DNA of 64,000 nt from positions 9,523-73,522 of the forward strand of contig JAHELE010000004.1 in NCBI GenBank assembly GCA_024644345.1. Direction: 5' to 3'. The position numbers were made by a program, and so were the translations under genes. The notes below the pieces were generated by a model. That model did no database searches and was not told the origin of the DNA. It was given only the letters and a program-made list of their open reading frames with translations. Each line of letters starts with the position of its first letter. The first letter of the stretch is position 1. This document shows, in pieces, positions 60,231 to 64,000 of this stretch. The stretch comes from Actinomycetes bacterium. Lineage in GTDB: Bacteria > Actinomycetota > Actinomycetes > JAHEKZ01.

Positions 60231-60965
60231 ATGTCCATCGCGCATCTGGAACTGCTACCGGCTGTTGACGTCGCCGCAGGTCAGGCTGTTCGCCTGGTGC
60301 AGGGCGCGGCAGGTTCGGAGACGTCGTACGGCGACCCGTGGGCCGCAGCCCGAGCGTGGCAGGAAGCGGGAGCGGAATGGATCCATCTGGTCGACCTCGA
60401 CGCCGCGTTCGGGCGCGGAAGCAATCGTGAACTGCTGGCGGACGTCGTGGGCAAGCTCGACGTCCAGGTCGAGCTGAGCGGCGGCATCCGCGACGACGAG
60501 TCGTTGAAGGCCGCTCTGGAAACCGGCTGTCGCCGGGTGAATCTCGGCACGGCCGCGCTGGAGAATCCGACGTGGTGTGCATCCGCCATTGCCGAGCATG
60601 GTGATCGGATAGCGGTCGGCCTCGATGTGCGAGGTACCACCCTGGCCGCACGTGGATGGACGCAGGAGGGGGGCGACCTGTGGGAGACCCTGGAGCGTCT
60701 TGAGCTGGACGGATGTTCCCGCTACGTCGTCACGGACGTCACCAAGGACGGGACGCTGCAGGGGCCAAACCTGCAGCTGTTGCGCGATGTGTGCGCCCGT
60801 ACGGCGAAACCGGTGGTGGCCAGCGGCGGCGTCTCATCGCTCGACGACTTACGGGCGATCGCCGACTTGGTCCCTGAAGGGGTCGAGGGCGCCATCGTCG
60901 GCAAGGCGCTGTACGCCGGAGCGTTCACCCTTGAGAACGCCCTCGCGGCAGTTTCACGATCATGA
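60231..60965 (+). CDS. priA: Bifunctional HisA/TrpF phosphoribosyl isomerase
   Basis: [24 protein letters not shown] and RGWT motifs. Confidence 0.93.
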   Translation: MSIAHLELLPAVDVAAGQAVRLVQGAAGSETSYGDPWAAARAWQEAGAEWIHLVDLDAAFGRGSNRELLADVVGKLDVQVELSGGIRDDESLKAALETGCRRVNLGTAALENPTWCASAIAEHGDRIAVGLDVRGTTLAARGWTQEGGDLWETLERLELDGCSRYVVTDVTKDGTLQGPNLQLLRDVCARTAKPVVASGGVSSLDDLRAIADLVPEGVEGAIVGKALYAGAFTLENALAAVSRS

Positions 60966-61005
60966 CCGAGCTGTTCAGTTGGTACCCCGGCCACGTCACA
61001 CGGTC

Positions 61006-61389
61006 GTGAAGTACGCCGTCGAGGTCCGCATCAGCGTGCCGGTGTCCGCCGGCACGGTGGCACTTCTTGTGCGAGATCCCGAGAACTGGCCAGCGATGCC
61101 TGGCGCAGCGATCACTCTCGTCGTCGAGGCCGGTGCGACCGCTCGTGAGTACCGCTATGCGATCGTGTCAGGCCTACCGGTCAGGGAACACAGCGGCACG
61201 GTCGTGCTTGCAGACACCGACACGGGTGGAACCGAGATTGTGCTGACTGAGTCGTTCCGGCCCAGGATCTGGGGAACCGGCGGATACCTCCGCGGCCGCC
61301 GTGAGCGGTCGATGATCGACGCGGCCCGCCGGTGGGGCCAGACTGCCACCGGTCAATCCGTACGAACGGACCAGGAAGGCACAACCTAG
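61006..61389 (+). CDS. SRPBCC/START-like small protein
   Basis: V.....D...WP, Y.IVSGLPV..H.G.V.L and GGT.I pattern. Confidence 0.55.
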   Translation: MKYAVEVRISVPVSAGTVALLVRDPENWPAMPGAAITLVVEAGATAREYRYAIVSGLPVREHSGTVVLADTDTGGTEIVLTESFRPRIWGTGGYLRGRRERSMIDAARRWGQTATGQSVRTDQEGTT

Positions 61390-61398
61390 GCTGTTCGT

Positions 61399-62166
61399 GT
61401 GACTGTTGCCGTGCGCGTGATCCCTTGCCTGGACGTCGACGCCGGGCGAGTGGTGAAGGGCGTCAACTTCGAGAATCTGCGCGACGCAGGCGACCCGGTA
61501 GAACTCGCTCGCCGGTACGACGCCGAAGGTGCTGACGAGCTCACGTTCCTCGATATCACCGCGTCGAGCGGTGACCGGGCCACCACGTTCGAGGTGGTGA
61601 ACCGGACCGCCGATGAGGTGTTCATCCCGCTGACTGTTGGCGGGGGAGTGCGCTCGGTCGCCGACGTCGATCGACTCCTCCGCGAAGGTGCGGACAAGGT
61701 GGGGATCAACACAGCCGCGATCGCCCGCCCGGAGCTGATTGCCGACATCGCTCAACGCTTCGGGCGGCAGGTCCTGGTTCTGAGCCTCGACGCTCGGCGT
61801 ACTCACGACGTGGTGACGCCATCAGGGTTCGAGGTCACGACCCACGGAGGGCGCCGGGGCACCGGGATCGACGCACTCGAGTGGGTTGACCTGGCTCAGA
61901 CCCTCGGGGCGGGCGAGATCCTGCTCAACTCGATGGACGCGGACGGTACGCGGGAGGGATTTGATCTGGAGATGATCCGGGCAGTTCGGGCCTGCACCCA
62001 TCTGCCGCTGGTGGCTAGTGGTGGAGCCGGACGCGTGGAGCACTTCAGTGAGGCTGTTGCCGCCGGGGCCGATGCGGTGCTGGCAGCGAGCGTGTTCCAT
62101 TTCGGCGAGCTCACGATTGCCGACGTCAAGCGCGGTCTGCGCGACGCCGGGCACTGTGTGCGCTGA
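61399..62166 (+). CDS. hisF: Imidazole glycerol phosphate synthase cyclase subunit
   Basis: [23 protein letters not shown] and SMDADGT motifs. Confidence 0.96.
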   Translation: MTVAVRVIPCLDVDAGRVVKGVNFENLRDAGDPVELARRYDAEGADELTFLDITASSGDRATTFEVVNRTADEVFIPLTVGGGVRSVADVDRLLREGADKVGINTAAIARPELIADIAQRFGRQVLVLSLDARRTHDVVTPSGFEVTTHGGRRGTGIDALEWVDLAQTLGAGEILLNSMDADGTREGFDLEMIRAVRACTHLPLVASGGAGRVEHFSEAVAAGADAVLAASVFHFGELTIADVKRGLRDAGHCVR

Positions 62167-62180
62167 ACCGCTGTGCGTGG

Positions 62181-62846
62181 CTAGACGGCGAGTCGGTGCC
62201 GACGCCAACGCTCGACCGACTCGTCATTCCCCTCGACGACCACCGATGCATGGTCGCGCCGCCCGTGAAGGTAGAGGACGAGCTCGGCCGGGTCGCCGGT
62301 CAGCGTGACCGTCGAAGGCTGGTCGGTGTCTGCGACTGACACCGACCCGAGGGTAGGTGCCTGAACCCGTACCGGCACCGGTGGCCGACGAACGAACAGC
62401 CTGATCCGGCGGGTCAAGTGGTTCCACAGTGTGCGTTGGTCGTCATCCACGAGCTCGCGAGCGGCCCAGGATGGCTGAGCCCGGCGGACGTCCTCGTGGT
62501 GGACGAAGTGTTCGAAGGTGTTGACCGCTGATTCTGCGCCCGGTAGCCGCATGGGGGACCACACCGGCGGTCCGTGGCGAAACCGTTCCACGACTTCCGT
62601 GTAGGGGCGCACGGTCAGCCGCTTCTGCTGGCTCTGCATCCACCCCGACAGTGGCGGCAGCACGAGCCCGGCCGCAGAGGGATGTCCCTCGCGGAGTACA
62701 AGATGCGATGCCAGATCGATGGTGTTCCATCCGGCGCACAACGTCGGTGCGTCGGGGCCGAGCTCGTCGAACAGGTCGGCCAGGCTGGCCCGTTCACGCT
62801 GGGCGAATGGCGGAGCGCCATTGGCCACATCAGATGTCTCGGTCAT
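62181..62846 (-). CDS. TIGR03085-type / mycothiol-dependent maleylpyruvate isomerase (DinB-fold) protein
   Basis: ER..L.D...[11 protein letters not shown]...DL..HL..RE and [12 protein letters not shown]. Confidence 0.85.
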   Translation of the reverse strand: MTETSDVANGAPPFAQRERASLADLFDELGPDAPTLCAGWNTIDLASHLVLREGHPSAAGLVLPPLSGWMQSQQKRLTVRPYTEVVERFRHGPPVWSPMRLPGAESAVNTFEHFVHHEDVRRAQPSWAARELVDDDQRTLWNHLTRRIRLFVRRPPVPVRVQAPTLGSVSVADTDQPSTVTLTGDPAELVLYLHGRRDHASVVVEGNDESVERWRRHRLAV

Positions 62847-62910
62847 GTTCCTAGCGTGGCTCCCACGGGGCGCCAACGCCAATCGAAGGACGCGACGGCA
62901 GAATGGGCCC

Positions 62911-63285
62911 ATGGTCAGTGACCCCGTACTCGATCCCCAGATCGCCTCTCGTCTCAAGCGTGACGAGCACGGGCTCTTCCCTGCCGTTGCGCAGCAGCAC
63001 GACACCGGGCAGGTCCTGATGGTCGGCTGGATGGACGACGAGGCCCTCCGTCGAACGCTGACAACCGGACGCGTGACCTACTTCAGCCGAAGCCGCCAGA
63101 CGTACTGGCGCAAGGGCGACACATCGGGAAACCTCCAGTGGGTCAAGGAGGTCTACCTGGACTGCGACGGGGACACGGTGCTCGTTCAGGTCGACCAGCA
63201 GGGTCCGGCCTGCCACACCGGTGCTCGGTCGTGCTTTGACGCCGGATGCCTTGAGGTTGTTCACCCGTCGGGAGAGCCGACGTGA
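62911..63285 (+). CDS. hisI: Phosphoribosyl-AMP cyclohydrolase
   Basis: SRSR...W.KG.TSG, DCDGD and ACHTG..SCF motifs. Confidence 0.95.
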   Translation: MVSDPVLDPQIASRLKRDEHGLFPAVAQQHDTGQVLMVGWMDDEALRRTLTTGRVTYFSRSRQTYWRKGDTSGNLQWVKEVYLDCDGDTVLVQVDQQGPACHTGARSCFDAGCLEVVHPSGEPT

Positions 63286-64000
63286 GCAGCGGGGACGTCG
63301 CTCCCTCACTCGAGGAGTTCCGGGTGCTGGCGACCGATCGCCGGGTGGTTCCCGTGACACGCCGCCTGATGGCCGACGCCGAGACCCCCGTCGGGATCTA
63401 CCGCAAGCTCGCGAAGGGGGCGCCCGGCACCTTCCTGCTCGAGTCAGCCGAGCACGGCGGCGTGTGGTCGCGCTACTCCATCGTGGGCGTGCGGTCGCAT
63501 GCCGTCCTGAGCGAGTCCGCTGGTCGGGCGGTATGGACCGGTGGGGAGCCGCCCGTGGGCGTCCCGCGGGAGGGAGAGCCGCTGGCAGTCCTCGAGGCCG
63601 TGCTCGAGGCCCTTCACACGCCGCGGCAACCGGGCCTGCCGCCACTGACCGGCGGAGTGGTCGGCTACGTGGGCTACGACGCGGTCCGCCGTTGGGAGCG
63701 ACTGCCATCGCATGCTCCGGACGAGCTGCGACTCCCCGAGATCGGGATGATGCTCGCCACCGACCTCGCTGTTCTCGACCACGCCGACGGCACCGTCCTG
63801 CTGATCGCCAACGCCATCAACCACGATGCGACTGACGAACGCGTTGACGAGGCGTGGCGAGACGCGGTGGCACGACTCGATGCGATGGCCACCGACCTTT
63901 CGGTGTCGGCCCCCTCTACGGTCGCCGTGGTTGACGCAGCAGTCACCCCCGACTACGTGTCGCGCACCGAGCGGGGCGACTTCCTGATGGCCGTCGAGGC
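63282..64000 (+). CDS. trpE: Anthranilate synthase component I (runs off the window)
   Basis: Translated by hand from GTG 63282: [49 protein letters not shown]. Confidence 0.92.
   Translation, partial: MSSGDVAPSLEEFRVLATDRRVVPVTRRLMADAETPVGIYRKLAKGAPGTFLLESAEHGGVWSRYSIVGVRSHAVLSESAGRAVWTGGEPPVGVPREGEPLAVLEAVLEALHTPRQPGLPPLTGGVVGYVGYDAVRRWERLPSHAPDELRLPEIGMMLATDLAVLDHADGTVLLIANAINHDATDERVDEAWRDAVARLDAMATDLSVSAPSTVAVVDAAVTPDYVSRTERGDFLMAVE

Overview
High-GC actinobacterial chromosomal segment, mostly core genome. From left to right: (1) a dispersed carotenoid cluster (split lycopene cyclase, crtB, crtI, GGPP synthase, a second CrtD-like desaturase, GT2 glycosyltransferase, CruF hydratase, CrtA monooxygenase), interleaved with barstar, metF, a PLP decarboxylase and YciI. 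A 1.7 kb two-gene cassette bounded by 53-bp inverted repeats, each a tandem pair of 21-mers, also sits within it. (2) A LexA-box-controlled operon of a stand-alone ImuB-C-terminal-like protein (DUF6504), an SAV_6107-type HEPN protein, dnaE2 and dinB, which looks like a mutasome without imuA/imuB. (3) A moxR-DUF58-transglutaminase operon divergent from the dcw cluster (mraZ to divIVA, with MraZ boxes and an mraW RNA motif; pgeF absent). (4) ileS with a GXHH signature and a T-box leader, then a histone-like-tailed dksA, lspA, an RluA-family synthase and dnaE1. (5) The his genes (hisD, C, B, H, priA, F, I) and the start of trpE. No rRNA, tRNA, CRISPR array or transposase was seen. All family calls come from motif recognition by eye; no searches were run. 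Best candidates for something new: the non-canonical SOS mutagenesis cassette (13.9-20.1 kb) and the inverted-repeat-bounded cargo cassette (5.6-7.3 kb).
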